64,000 bases of DNA from Candidatus Kapaibacterium sp. (GTDB lineage Bacteria > Bacteroidota > Ignavibacteria > Kapaibacteriales > UBA2268). The notes under the pieces are model-generated. The model saw only the letters and a program-made list of their open reading frames with translations. It was not told where the DNA came from and ran no database searches. The stretch lies in the NCBI GenBank assembly GCA_963665665.1, contig OY762428.1:2464001-2528000 (forward strand). Direction: 5' to 3'. A program made the position numbers and the translations under genes. Positions 17,140 through 26,011 of this stretch are shown here, in pieces (position 1 is the stretch's first letter; every line of letters starts with the position of its first letter).

Positions 17140-18477
17140 ATGAACTTTGAACTTGATCTATATCGGGGAATCTTTCTATTAATATCATTGTCAGCGCTCA
17201 TTCTTTTCCTTCTTTTTGCTATTAGCGGAATTAAAGAAAAACGATACAGGGCATTCGGAATAAGCAGTTTAATCACAGTATTAATTCTTTTTATATCTTT
17301 TTTACTATTTGTAAATGATCTGCCGGATATTCTTTTTATCGGAATTGATGTCTTTTCTGTGATTTTTGCAATGCTTTTCTTTCTGCCGATTGATCCATAC
17401 AGGCCGATTAATCAGGGCTGCCCCCTGGAAAAGGTTGACGAGCGTGACACTATGTTTGCAAGGGCAAAATACAATTCCGGAGCAGAAAATTATAATATTT
17501 ATTACAAATTGCGTCCCGATTTGAAAACTGTTGATGATAACATCCGCTCTATGCCGCCGCTTATGGGAGAAAAGAGCAAACTATACAACCCGGCAATTTC
17601 CCGCCAGGTTGATTCTATGTTCGAATTAGAAGGAAAGATGGTTGATTTTGTTGACGGCGATATTTCTGAAAATAAAGTTGAAGATATTGCAGAAAATTTT
17701 TCCAGGATAATCAAAGAATTCGCAAAGGCCCAGGGGGCCGGAGACGTCGGTATAGCCCTGTTGAACCAGGATTATGTTTATTCTCATGCAGGCAAAGGAC
17801 CGGAAGAATGGGGGAGCGAGATAAAATTAAATCACAAATATGCAATTGCCTATGTGCTGGAAATGGATTATAGCGAAATAGAAAAAGCACCTTATCCGGA
17901 AGTGACCCGCGAAACAGCAAAACAATACCTTCAGGCACAAAGGATATCAATATCAATTGCTAATTTTATTCGTGATCTTGGATATCCGGCAAGGGCTCAT
18001 ATATCAGGCTCCAATTACCAGGTAATGCTGCCGCCGGTTGCCGTTGATGCCGGCTTAGGCGAGATTGGCAGGCTGGGCTACCTTGTTTCTGATAAATACG
18101 GCCCCCGTTGTCGAATCGGGCTTGTAACGACTGATTTGCCTCTCGTTCCTGACGAACCTATCGACATAGGGGCCCGGCATTTCTGTGAATTGTGTAAAAA
18201 ATGTGCTTTAAACTGCCCTTCAGGTTCAATTCCACTGGGGGAAAGATCAGTGAGAAACGGAGTAACAAAGTGGCCTCTGGAAATTGAAAGCTGCTACAAA
18301 TACTGGCGAATAATCGGATCCGATTGTGCAATGTGCATGAAGGTATGCCCTTATTCACATCCTGATACATTTATTCACAAAGTTATTAAATATGCAATAT
18401 CTAAATCATATTTTGCAAGGATAGTATCAAATTTCGGAGATGACCTGTTTTACGGAAAAAAATTCAGAATATCGTAG
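17140..18477 (+). CDS. Membrane-anchored reductive-dehalogenase-like (RdhA/QueG superfamily) 2x[4Fe-4S] protein
   Basis: Three N-terminal hydrophobic helices; DERDTMFAR; AVDAGLGEIGRLG...GPR.R...VTTDLPL; FCELCKKCALNCP and CYKYW...CAMCMKVCP. Confidence 0.8.
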   Translation: MNFELDLYRGIFLLISLSALILFLLFAISGIKEKRYRAFGISSLITVLILFISFLLFVNDLPDILFIGIDVFSVIFAMLFFLPIDPYRPINQGCPLEKVDERDTMFARAKYNSGAENYNIYYKLRPDLKTVDDNIRSMPPLMGEKSKLYNPAISRQVDSMFELEGKMVDFVDGDISENKVEDIAENFSRIIKEFAKAQGAGDVGIALLNQDYVYSHAGKGPEEWGSEIKLNHKYAIAYVLEMDYSEIEKAPYPEVTRETAKQYLQAQRISISIANFIRDLGYPARAHISGSNYQVMLPPVAVDAGLGEIGRLGYLVSDKYGPRCRIGLVTTDLPLVPDEPIDIGARHFCELCKKCALNCPSGSIPLGERSVRNGVTKWPLEIESCYKYWRIIGSDCAMCMKVCPYSHPDTFIHKVIKYAISKSYFARIVSNFGDDLFYGKKFRIS

Positions 18478-18581
18478 CTTATATGAAACCGAAGATTTAC
18501 GCTTCATGGTATCAATTTATACTGAGTATCTACAGCTTTTCCGGCTTTTTAACAATTCCCTGCCAAAAAATACCGAAGCGA

Positions 18582-18656
18582 TGTGGCCTTACCTGTAACT
18601 ATCAGTGCGTCCGGCAGGAAATATTCTGCATCTTTGGCAGTATCGGCAATATCCAC
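18582..18656 (-). pseudogene. Possible fragment of a BtpA/SgcQ-family gene
   Basis: Minus strand reads (VD)IADTAKDAEYFLPDALIVTGKAT, resembling the BtpA ETAxAAEFFxxDGVIVTG motif; no start codon, abuts a REP and hits a stop shortly after. Confidence 0.4.
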
Positions 18657-19114
18657 CCCGGCCAGCGGTGGACAGGTGATTAAACCGTTGGGTCAACCCT
18701 TGTGGTTGCCCGAAAAAGAATCCATCTTTGTTCGCAGATAATGTGTGAAGAATCCACCCCGTCCTTCGGGTACCCCTCAAGAGGGGAAGTTTTATAAAAT
18801 CAGCCATCCAGAAAGCGGCGTAGCCGCGACATTTTTGTAGAAAATCGATCCCGGGATTAACAACAGCCCCGTCGGGGCGGCATTTATATATCAGATGTCG
18901 CTCCTACGGAGCTTTTTCCCTCCTTCCGAAGGATCTGGCCGGGTGGAGATAGGAAGGGGCAGAAGCAAAGAACCAATGTTTGATGATATTGCTGCCTTGG
19001 TCCAAATCAAAGAAATAAAACCTCCCCTGTATTCCCCTCCTCCGCGAGGAGGGGATAAGAAATTAAATATCATAGAATTAACTCCCCCTCCTTCTGAAGG
19101 AGGGGGCCGGGGGG

Positions 19115-20470
19115 CATAAGCGCTAACTTAAAGAAAACAAGTAATTCATACTACTTTGCCTTTTTCGATGTCCTTCTTTTAGGCAATTAGAAACATCATC
19201 CCAGTTGTTAATACATTGATACAAAGTAATACCGGGACTGATGATTTTCAATAAAATATCTTTAACAAATACATTTTCACGCCATTGTGATGTACTCCTT
19301 TTATCATTCTCTTTTATTAAACCTGTAGCCCCAGGGGGAAAAACGCTCACCTTCATCGATAATAGCCTGAGTAAGGAGAGCTGTGATCATCTTAGCATAA
19401 AGCCACGCTCGTGCAGAGTTTTTATCTTTTTTTGGTAAATGCCCCAAGCCAAATTGACTTTTTAGTTTTTTAAATGAAATTTCAACCTGCCATCTCATTC
19501 TATATAATTCTAAGATATTATTAGAAGATATATCATTAATCAAAGAAGTCACCAAAACAATATAATCATTAAGTCCTAAAGCTGTAGAACTGATTGTCTG
19601 TTGTTTTCTAGCAAAATTCTTTTTTGCTTTCTTTCTGGATAACTCAGCTTGCTCCTTGCTTTTTTTGATAGCACATATACGTACAGGAATCTTTTTATTT
19701 TTTGAGGAGGAGGAGGAAATATAAAATATTTTGTCAAATATTTGATCTAACTTTAAACTTTTTAATTCTTTAATAATATCAACTTTATCATTTTTACTAT
19801 TATATATTGTAAAACCTTTATGCTTATATCTGACAACAAAATTTGCTTTCTTTCCGAGAATTTCTGAAATACCCTTATAACTGCAATATGCTCTGTCAAT
19901 TAAAAAAAGATCAGAAGAGTTAATTTTGAAATTAGATATAGACTCACCGACTTTTGGGCTGGTAATAATAAATTCGTCACACTTGAGGTTGAACAGATTA
20001 TGGCTGTAATGAAGTCTCCAGTCAGTACCTGTTGACCCCGGCTCAGTAACAACAGACGCATCGATACATCTTACATTGAAATCCGACAGCCATTCTGGGG
20101 AATCTAATGATATCCCCCTATTATGAATCAATCCTAATGCAATCCAGCGAAGCCAATCAGCAGACGTCCTCATTTTTTTTAATAACGCAACATCTGATAT
20201 ATCTATATTTCTTTCATATTTAAGCTTAGTAGCAACCACCCTCATAGAATGCCCCGTTGCTACATGCATAAGTATTGCTCGAAGTTGCTCAGAAGGTGAA
20301 TCAAATGCCCTGCGACGTTGGAAAGCCTGGAGTTCTTTAGCCTTTAATTCCCATCCCAAAGGAAGTAAGGTTGTAACTACATCCCATTCTTCTATATGCT
20401 TGTTGTACTTTTCCATTTACAAATATAAAAAAATTATATATAAAAATCAAACACTAAGTTAGCGCTTATG
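19115..20470 (-). mobile_element. IS4-family insertion sequence, 1356 bp
   Basis: Perfect 16-bp terminal inverted repeats cataagcgctaactta (19115-19130 / 20455-20470); 11-bp target duplication gggccgggggg (19104-19114 / 20471-20481). Confidence 0.92.
19304..20416 (-). CDS. IS4-family DDE transposase
   Basis: IDAS, LIDRAY and YRMRWQVEISFKKLK (Y-R-E-K motif). Confidence 0.92.
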   Translation of the reverse strand: MEKYNKHIEEWDVVTTLLPLGWELKAKELQAFQRRRAFDSPSEQLRAILMHVATGHSMRVVATKLKYERNIDISDVALLKKMRTSADWLRWIALGLIHNRGISLDSPEWLSDFNVRCIDASVVTEPGSTGTDWRLHYSHNLFNLKCDEFIITSPKVGESISNFKINSSDLFLIDRAYCSYKGISEILGKKANFVVRYKHKGFTIYNSKNDKVDIIKELKSLKLDQIFDKIFYISSSSSKNKKIPVRICAIKKSKEQAELSRKKAKKNFARKQQTISSTALGLNDYIVLVTSLINDISSNNILELYRMRWQVEISFKKLKSQFGLGHLPKKDKNSARAWLYAKMITALLTQAIIDEGERFSPWGYRFNKRE

Positions 20471-20510
20471 GGGCCGGGGGGAGGTAGGAAAGGTCGAAAG
20501 CAAAGCACCA

Positions 20511-21035
20511 ATGTTCTAAGTCATTGCAGCCTTGTTCTAAGTCATTGCTGCCTTGTTTGGAGTCATTGCCGCCTTGGTCGGAGTCATTGCTGCCTTGGTC
20601 GAAGTCATTGATGCCTTGGTCGAAGTCATTGATGCCTTGGTCGAAGTCATTGCTGCCTTGGTCGAAGTCATTGCTGCCTTGTTTGGAGTTATTGCTGCCT
20701 TGTTTGAAGCTATTGATGCTTTGGTCGAAGTCATTGCTGCCATGTTCAGAAGCATCGCACCAATGGTTGACGCTATTGCTGCCTTGGTCAGAGGAAAAAC
20801 ACCAATGGTTGACGCTATTGCAGCAATGTTTTGCTTTATTGATGCCTTGTTCGGAGTTATTGCAGCCTTGTTCGGAGTCATTGCAGCCTTGTTTGGAGTC
20901 ATTGCCACCTTGGTCGGAGTCATTGATGCTTTGGTCGAAGTCATTGCAGCCTTGTTCGGAGTCATTGCCGCCTTGGTCGGAGTCATTGATGCTTTGGTCG
21001 AAGTCATTGCTGCCTTGTTTTGGGGTAATGATTGC
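20511..21035 (+). repeat. 21-bp tandem array R (copy B), ~24-25 units, e.g. ttggtcgaagtcattgctgcc
   Basis: Units read directly; same unit family as array R of copy A. Confidence 0.95.
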
Positions 21036-21579
21036 TTGTGTAGCGTTGGAATCCGGAATATTTAACTAATTGTATTATTTATAATATTTGTATAATAAAA
21101 TATATGCTCAAAATCAGTAAATATTTAAGTGTTTGTAGTAAATATATTTATCAGATTATTAAATAATCATATAGATTTACAATATTAATAATATAACTAA
21201 TCAAATAAATAATTCAGACAAGTCATTAATCACTGTTTCTTATAAATTCTTCTTCTTCTTTTATAAAATATTTTATGTATCCAAGAATATATTTTATTGT
21301 CCTAACAAATTAGATATACTGATTAATTAATAGGTTAATACTTATATTTAATAGTTTATAAAATTAATTTAATAAATCATATCAATTATTTAATTATATG
21401 TATAAGATATTTAGTTATTTATATAAAAAGTTTTGTTAGATGAACTATATCAAGGCTTGGATATATTATATAAATTATTATAAATACTATATATTTAATA
21501 TAAATAGTATAATATTTAGTATTTTAGATTGAATATTTGATTATCAGTTCTATCTATAGACTATTCTCATCTCTATCTT

Positions 21580-21894
21580 TGGGATTTCAATGCCAAACAA
21601 GCAAGCAATGAAGCGGAACAAGCAAGCAATGAGGCGGAACAAGACCTCATTGAAGCCAAACAAGCAAGCAATAAGGCCAAACAAGTGAGCAATGAAGCCA
21701 AACAAGACATCAGTAATGCGGAACAAGTGAGCAATGAAGCAGAACAAGACATCAGTAATGTGGAAAAAGTGAGCAATGAAGCCAAACAAGACATCAGTAA
21801 TGCGGAACAAGTGAGCAATGAAGCCGGACAAGTGAGCAATGAAGCAGAACAAGACATCAGTAAGGCCAAATTTCACTACATTAAGGCCAAAGAA
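21580..21894 (-). repeat. 21-bp tandem array L (copy B), ~15 units, minus-strand units ttgtttggcttcattgctcac / ttgttccgcattactgatgtc
   Basis: Units read directly; begins with the same tttggccttaatgtagtgaaatttggcctta as copy A. Confidence 0.92.
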
Positions 21895-22337
21895 TGCTTC
21901 AATACCTCCGGCCAAGACAGTTTAAAGGCCTGCCAACAAATCAATTAGCCCAAACATCATGGTTTTAATTATAAACAGCGTTGAATTAAGGAAATTATCC
22001 GATTCATTGAAACCAGAGGATGGGGAATTAAGGCCGGCGGCCTGTTCATTGGGGTGGAAGAACGGGTAAACTGAGCAAAAGAATGAGGTGATATGTTGTC
22101 ATTCCCCGACACGTCGGGGCAGGCTTCCGGAGCTTGCGACTGAAGAATCCATCTTTCTTAGTAGCTGATGCATAAAGAATGGGTCCTTCGCTGGCGCTCA
22201 GGATGACCTCCCGGCCTGTCATCGTCAAATTCAATAGCCACGTGCTCTATCTCGTGGGTATTATATGAGACATATATTTTGATAAGTAGAAATTCGGCGC
22301 GAGCAGCTAAAGGAGGAGAAAATTAAGGCAAAATCGA

Positions 22338-23471
22338 TTATAAGGCGAGAATATAATTATAAAATTCCATCACATTTTCGGCATGGCGGCGGATGTCGAA
22401 AACTTCCACGGCGCGCTTTCTGCCATTTTCAGATAGATTTGCAGCCATATCTGGATCATTCATCAGCCCGATAATTGTATCGGCAATTGATTCGGGGGAT
22501 TTTTCCGGTATTAGAATACCGGATTTTTCATCCACTGCTTCCCGTACCCCTGATATATCTGTTCCAATGGCAACCGCCCCGCAGGCCATTGCTTCAAACA
22601 TTACCCGGCCCATTCCTTCGGTTCCCTCGTGGGACGGAAGGATAAGCGCGTCGGCAGCCTGCATCCATTCCTGAATATTTGTTTGCGGTGGGAGTATTTT
22701 AATAATATTTGAAGTATTGTATTCTTTGATCTTTAATTGAAGCTTTTCAAAAACCTTCGTATCACTAACCTGGCCGGCCATAATTATCAAGGGCGGAGTT
22801 GATATGTTTTCTTTTATAATACGTGCAGCTTCCGCAATATCCAGTATTCCCTTGCCTTCTTTCATTTGTCCGGCAAAAAGCAGTATAAACCTGTCCTTTG
22901 GAAGGTCAATTTTTTTTCTTAATTCTGCCCTTTCTTCAACAGGTTTGAAAATATCAGTATTAACGCCGTTGAAAATTGTACGGTATTTTTTTGCGAATTC
23001 AGCACTGCCTGAAAATCTCTGTTTGACTCCGTCCGATATGCCGATTATTCCGTCGGCAAGTTTTTCAATTTTCGCGTCTATTCTCTTCTTTAGGGTAAGC
23101 CGCACATGCCATATCATTTTGGCTTTGGTTTTGTTCTTTGCATGGCCGCAAAGGTAGGCGTCGCGCTCAAAATCCGGGTGGATAATGTCAATATCATTAT
23201 CGCGGATAATATTTCTGACTGCTCTCAGGTTCCTGAGATATTTAAAAACATTCTTTGGTTTCAGGCTTGTGAACGGCACATAGAAACATTTGCAGCCCAA
23301 CGATTTCAGGTGTTCCGAAAGTTCTCCGGGTTGCGGCATTATTGCAAAAGGCCGGAATTTTTCGCGGTCAAGGTTTTCAATAAGCGCGGACATGCTTTTC
23401 TGCCCGCCCATTTTAAGAGTTGAAAAATGGCTTACGTAAGAAACATTGACAATATTTTTTTTATTTCCCAT
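22338..23471 (-). CDS. Glycosyltransferase family 4
   Basis: MGGQ N-terminus, IFNGV, FAGQ..EGKG, EGMGRVMFEAMACG. Confidence 0.9.
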   Translation of the reverse strand: MGNKKNIVNVSYVSHFSTLKMGGQKSMSALIENLDREKFRPFAIMPQPGELSEHLKSLGCKCFYVPFTSLKPKNVFKYLRNLRAVRNIIRDNDIDIIHPDFERDAYLCGHAKNKTKAKMIWHVRLTLKKRIDAKIEKLADGIIGISDGVKQRFSGSAEFAKKYRTIFNGVNTDIFKPVEERAELRKKIDLPKDRFILLFAGQMKEGKGILDIAEAARIIKENISTPPLIIMAGQVSDTKVFEKLQLKIKEYNTSNIIKILPPQTNIQEWMQAADALILPSHEGTEGMGRVMFEAMACGAVAIGTDISGVREAVDEKSGILIPEKSPESIADTIIGLMNDPDMAANLSENGRKRAVEVFDIRRHAENVMEFYNYILAL

Positions 23472-24585
23472 CAGTTCCGAGAATTTCCTGGTAGTAATCC
23501 ATTATATTTTGCGCATGAACTCTTACGTCATAGAGTTTCATTGCCCTGTTGTAGCCTGCGTCGGCAATCCGGCGGTAATATTGATTATCTTCCATAAGCC
23601 GTATCAGCGCATCTGCAAGTTCCACGGGATTCTTTTCAGGAACCAAAATGCCGGAATTATCTTCAATTGCTTCGCGAACTCCCATTGTATCAGAGCCTAT
23701 GGCTGCAATTCCGCAGGCCATAGCTTCCTGGAGAACTCGCCCCATCCCTTCAGCGCCGTCGTGGGAGGGAAGCGCCAGCGCGTCGGCGGCCTGCATCCAT
23801 TCGTGGATATTATTCTGCTGCGGAAGTATTTTTACTCTGTCGTTAAGTCCGTGTTCGGATATTTTATTTTTTAAAAGACTTATATGTTCGTCATTTCTTG
23901 GTTTACCGACAAACAGTACAAAAGGTGTTTTTTTATCCTGAGAGTTCATTTTTCCGAGGGCTTCGGCAATATCAATAATGCCCTTTTCAATTTTTATCTG
24001 TCCGGCAAAAAGCAGGATAAAATTGTTGATTGGCAAATTGAGTTTTTTCCTTAGCTCCTTCTTATCTTCAGCAGGTTTGAACAGAGCCGTATCAACGCCG
24101 TTGTATATTACTTTGAAATAATCCATTTCTCTGTCTGTCAGCCTTTGTGCTGTATCGCGGCTGATTCCAATAAATGCGTGGGGTATTTTCCTGTTGATGA
24201 AATCCATAGGCCTGGCTCCAGCCACCCGTATATGCCATATAATTTTCGCTTTGGTTTTATTTTTAATAAATCCGCATGTAATCAGGTCGCGGTCGTGATC
24301 CATGTGCATAATGTCAATATCATTTTCATTGCACAGCTCATTTATCCGGAAAGCCCTGCGCCTGATCTTAACAAAATTTTTTGGTTTAATACCATGTTTT
24401 GGTAAAATATGAACCTTACAGCCAAGCTCACGGGCCTTAGCCGAAAGTTCAGCTTCCTTGGGGGCAAGTACATGAGGAACAACCAGGTCGCGATTCAGGT
24501 GTTGGATCAATGTCATCATTGACCTTTGGCCGCCCATTCTCAGGTGGTCGTAATTGCTTACATAAAGAACATTAATCTTTCTCAT
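23461..24585 (-). CDS. Glycosyltransferase family 4 (paralogue of the neighbouring gene)
   Basis: IYNGVD, FAGQIKIEKG, EGMGRVLQEAMACG. Confidence 0.9.
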   Translation of the reverse strand: MRKINVLYVSNYDHLRMGGQRSMMTLIQHLNRDLVVPHVLAPKEAELSAKARELGCKVHILPKHGIKPKNFVKIRRRAFRINELCNENDIDIMHMDHDRDLITCGFIKNKTKAKIIWHIRVAGARPMDFINRKIPHAFIGISRDTAQRLTDREMDYFKVIYNGVDTALFKPAEDKKELRKKLNLPINNFILLFAGQIKIEKGIIDIAEALGKMNSQDKKTPFVLFVGKPRNDEHISLLKNKISEHGLNDRVKILPQQNNIHEWMQAADALALPSHDGAEGMGRVLQEAMACGIAAIGSDTMGVREAIEDNSGILVPEKNPVELADALIRLMEDNQYYRRIADAGYNRAMKLYDVRVHAQNIMDYYQEILGTDGK

Positions 24586-25357
24586 CAGGAAGCCCTTTAT
24601 TGTTTTTCAGCCCCATCTCAAACAGGAATGCATATTTTAGAAATGTATAGAAAACCGAGCTTGCAGCTGCCAGGAATCCCCTTGCCCCGTCAAGGAAAGC
24701 TTTGCGAATGAAGAAAGAACGTATAAAAGCTATAAACGGGTTAGCTATTATATCGCACAGCCCTGCGTCGCGGCCTTTTTGCTGGTAATCCTCGGCGCGG
24801 AGTTTTGCATATTTTATTGTTCTTTGGAAATGATCCTGCAGGTTCCTATAAGAATAATGTATCAGATCGCCTTTGAGTACTGCTTTTTCTCCATGGACTT
24901 CCAGTTTTTCATGTACTTTCGATCCCGTCCATCGGGGCATAGCTGATTTATGCACAAGCCTGAGCTGCCGGTCGGGCTGCCAGGCATGGTTCAGTATTTT
25001 CCCGAGATAACTTGTTTTCCTGCTGAGGTAGTAGGATTGAATTTTATCGCTGTCAATTGCCTTTTTTATCGAGAAGCGTAGCTCCGGGCTTAGTATCTCG
25101 TCGCAGTCAAGAAATAAAATCCACTGGCCTGTACATTTTTCCAAGGCCGAGTTTTTCTGGGCAGCATAACCTTTCCATTCTTCTTCGAAAACATTTGCGC
25201 CGAGTGATGAAGCTATTTCTATTGTTTTATCAGTCGATCCTGAATCAACAATAATTATTTCGTCGGCAACAGGCAATGCGCTCTCTATCATATCCCCGAT
25301 AATGTGTTCTTCATTTCGGGATATTACCGCTACGGAAAGTTTTATTTGGTCTGACAT
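24572..25357 (-). CDS. Glycosyltransferase family 2 (WaaE/KdtX-like)
   Basis: VDSGSTDKT, GYAAQKN, WILFLDCDE, VHE, LIHYSY. Confidence 0.88.
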   Translation of the reverse strand: MSDQIKLSVAVISRNEEHIIGDMIESALPVADEIIIVDSGSTDKTIEIASSLGANVFEEEWKGYAAQKNSALEKCTGQWILFLDCDEILSPELRFSIKKAIDSDKIQSYYLSRKTSYLGKILNHAWQPDRQLRLVHKSAMPRWTGSKVHEKLEVHGEKAVLKGDLIHYSYRNLQDHFQRTIKYAKLRAEDYQQKGRDAGLCDIIANPFIAFIRSFFIRKAFLDGARGFLAAASSVFYTFLKYAFLFEMGLKNNKGLPDEKD

Positions 25358-25386
25358 TTAAGCGCCTGATAAAAAAGAATGAAAAT

Positions 25387-25428
25387 AAAAAAAACGGCGG
25401 GCAAATAAAAACTATTATTTGCCGCCGT
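25387..25428 (-). terminator. rplS terminator
   Basis: Minus strand acggcggcaaataa...ttatttgcccgccgtttttttt. Confidence 0.7.
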
Positions 25429-25465
25429 ATAGATTCTTTTACAAAAGATTGCAGGGAAAAAGCTA

Positions 25466-25846
25466 TTAGCTGATTTTTGCCCTGATTTTCTTCTCGGACA
25501 TGCCTCGAAGATAATAAAGTTTTGCACGCCTTACGTTACCGTTGCGAACAACAGTAATGCTCTGGAGCATTGGCGAGAATACAGGGAAAATCCTTTCAAC
25601 GCCGATGCCAGCCGAAACTTTACGAACTAAGAATGAAGCGTTGATACCGGAACCGCGGCGTTTAATTACGATGCCTTTGAAGTTCTGGATACGTTCTTTT
25701 TCACCTTCAACTACTCTTACGGCCACGATTACTGTATCGCCGGGTTTGAAATCCGGTACTTCAACATAATTATCGCCGTCTTTTTCCTGCCGGGCGCCAA
25801 TTGCCCTTTCTTTAGCCATTGTATTTACTAAGTCAATCTGATTCAT
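25466..25846 (-). CDS. rplS: 50S ribosomal protein L19
   Basis: [34 protein letters not shown]. Confidence 0.97.
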   Translation of the reverse strand: MNQIDLVNTMAKERAIGARQEKDGDNYVEVPDFKPGDTVIVAVRVVEGEKERIQNFKGIVIKRRGSGINASFLVRKVSAGIGVERIFPVFSPMLQSITVVRNGNVRRAKLYYLRGMSEKKIRAKIS

Positions 25847-25877
25847 TACTTTCGCTCCTTTAAAAAATCACGAGCAA

Positions 25878-25909
25878 CAAAATTAAACTTATTATTCTTA
25901 AATTCCAAA
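25878..25909 (-). promoter_or_regulatory. Bacteroidota-type housekeeping promoter for rplS
   Basis: Minus strand TTTG-N20-TAATTTTG. Confidence 0.55.
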
Positions 25910-26011
25910 TTATATTTTTCCATATTTGGATTTTTTTCTGTTTTTGGTAAATGCCAACATTATTTCTCAGGATAATGATTTATCATAGGCTGTGCAGAAT
26001 AATTGAATTTT

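Larger units (their letters stand above)
18715..22207 (-). repeat. Composite repeat element copy B (inverted relative to A), interrupted by IS4 and carrying an AT-rich central insert
   Basis: Reverse-complement homology: A 1560-1727 to 18812-18975, A 521-720 to 21863-22062, A 396-486 to 22099-22207. Confidence 0.85.

Noticed and set aside
20524-21948. Heptad-repeat ORFs over copy B
   Set aside because: Same artefact: no convincing RBS or start conserved with copy A, and two units at 20511-20552 contain in-frame TAA.
22338-24585. Tandem GT4 paralogues as a novel system
   Set aside because: An ordinary duplication within an LPS/glycan cluster.
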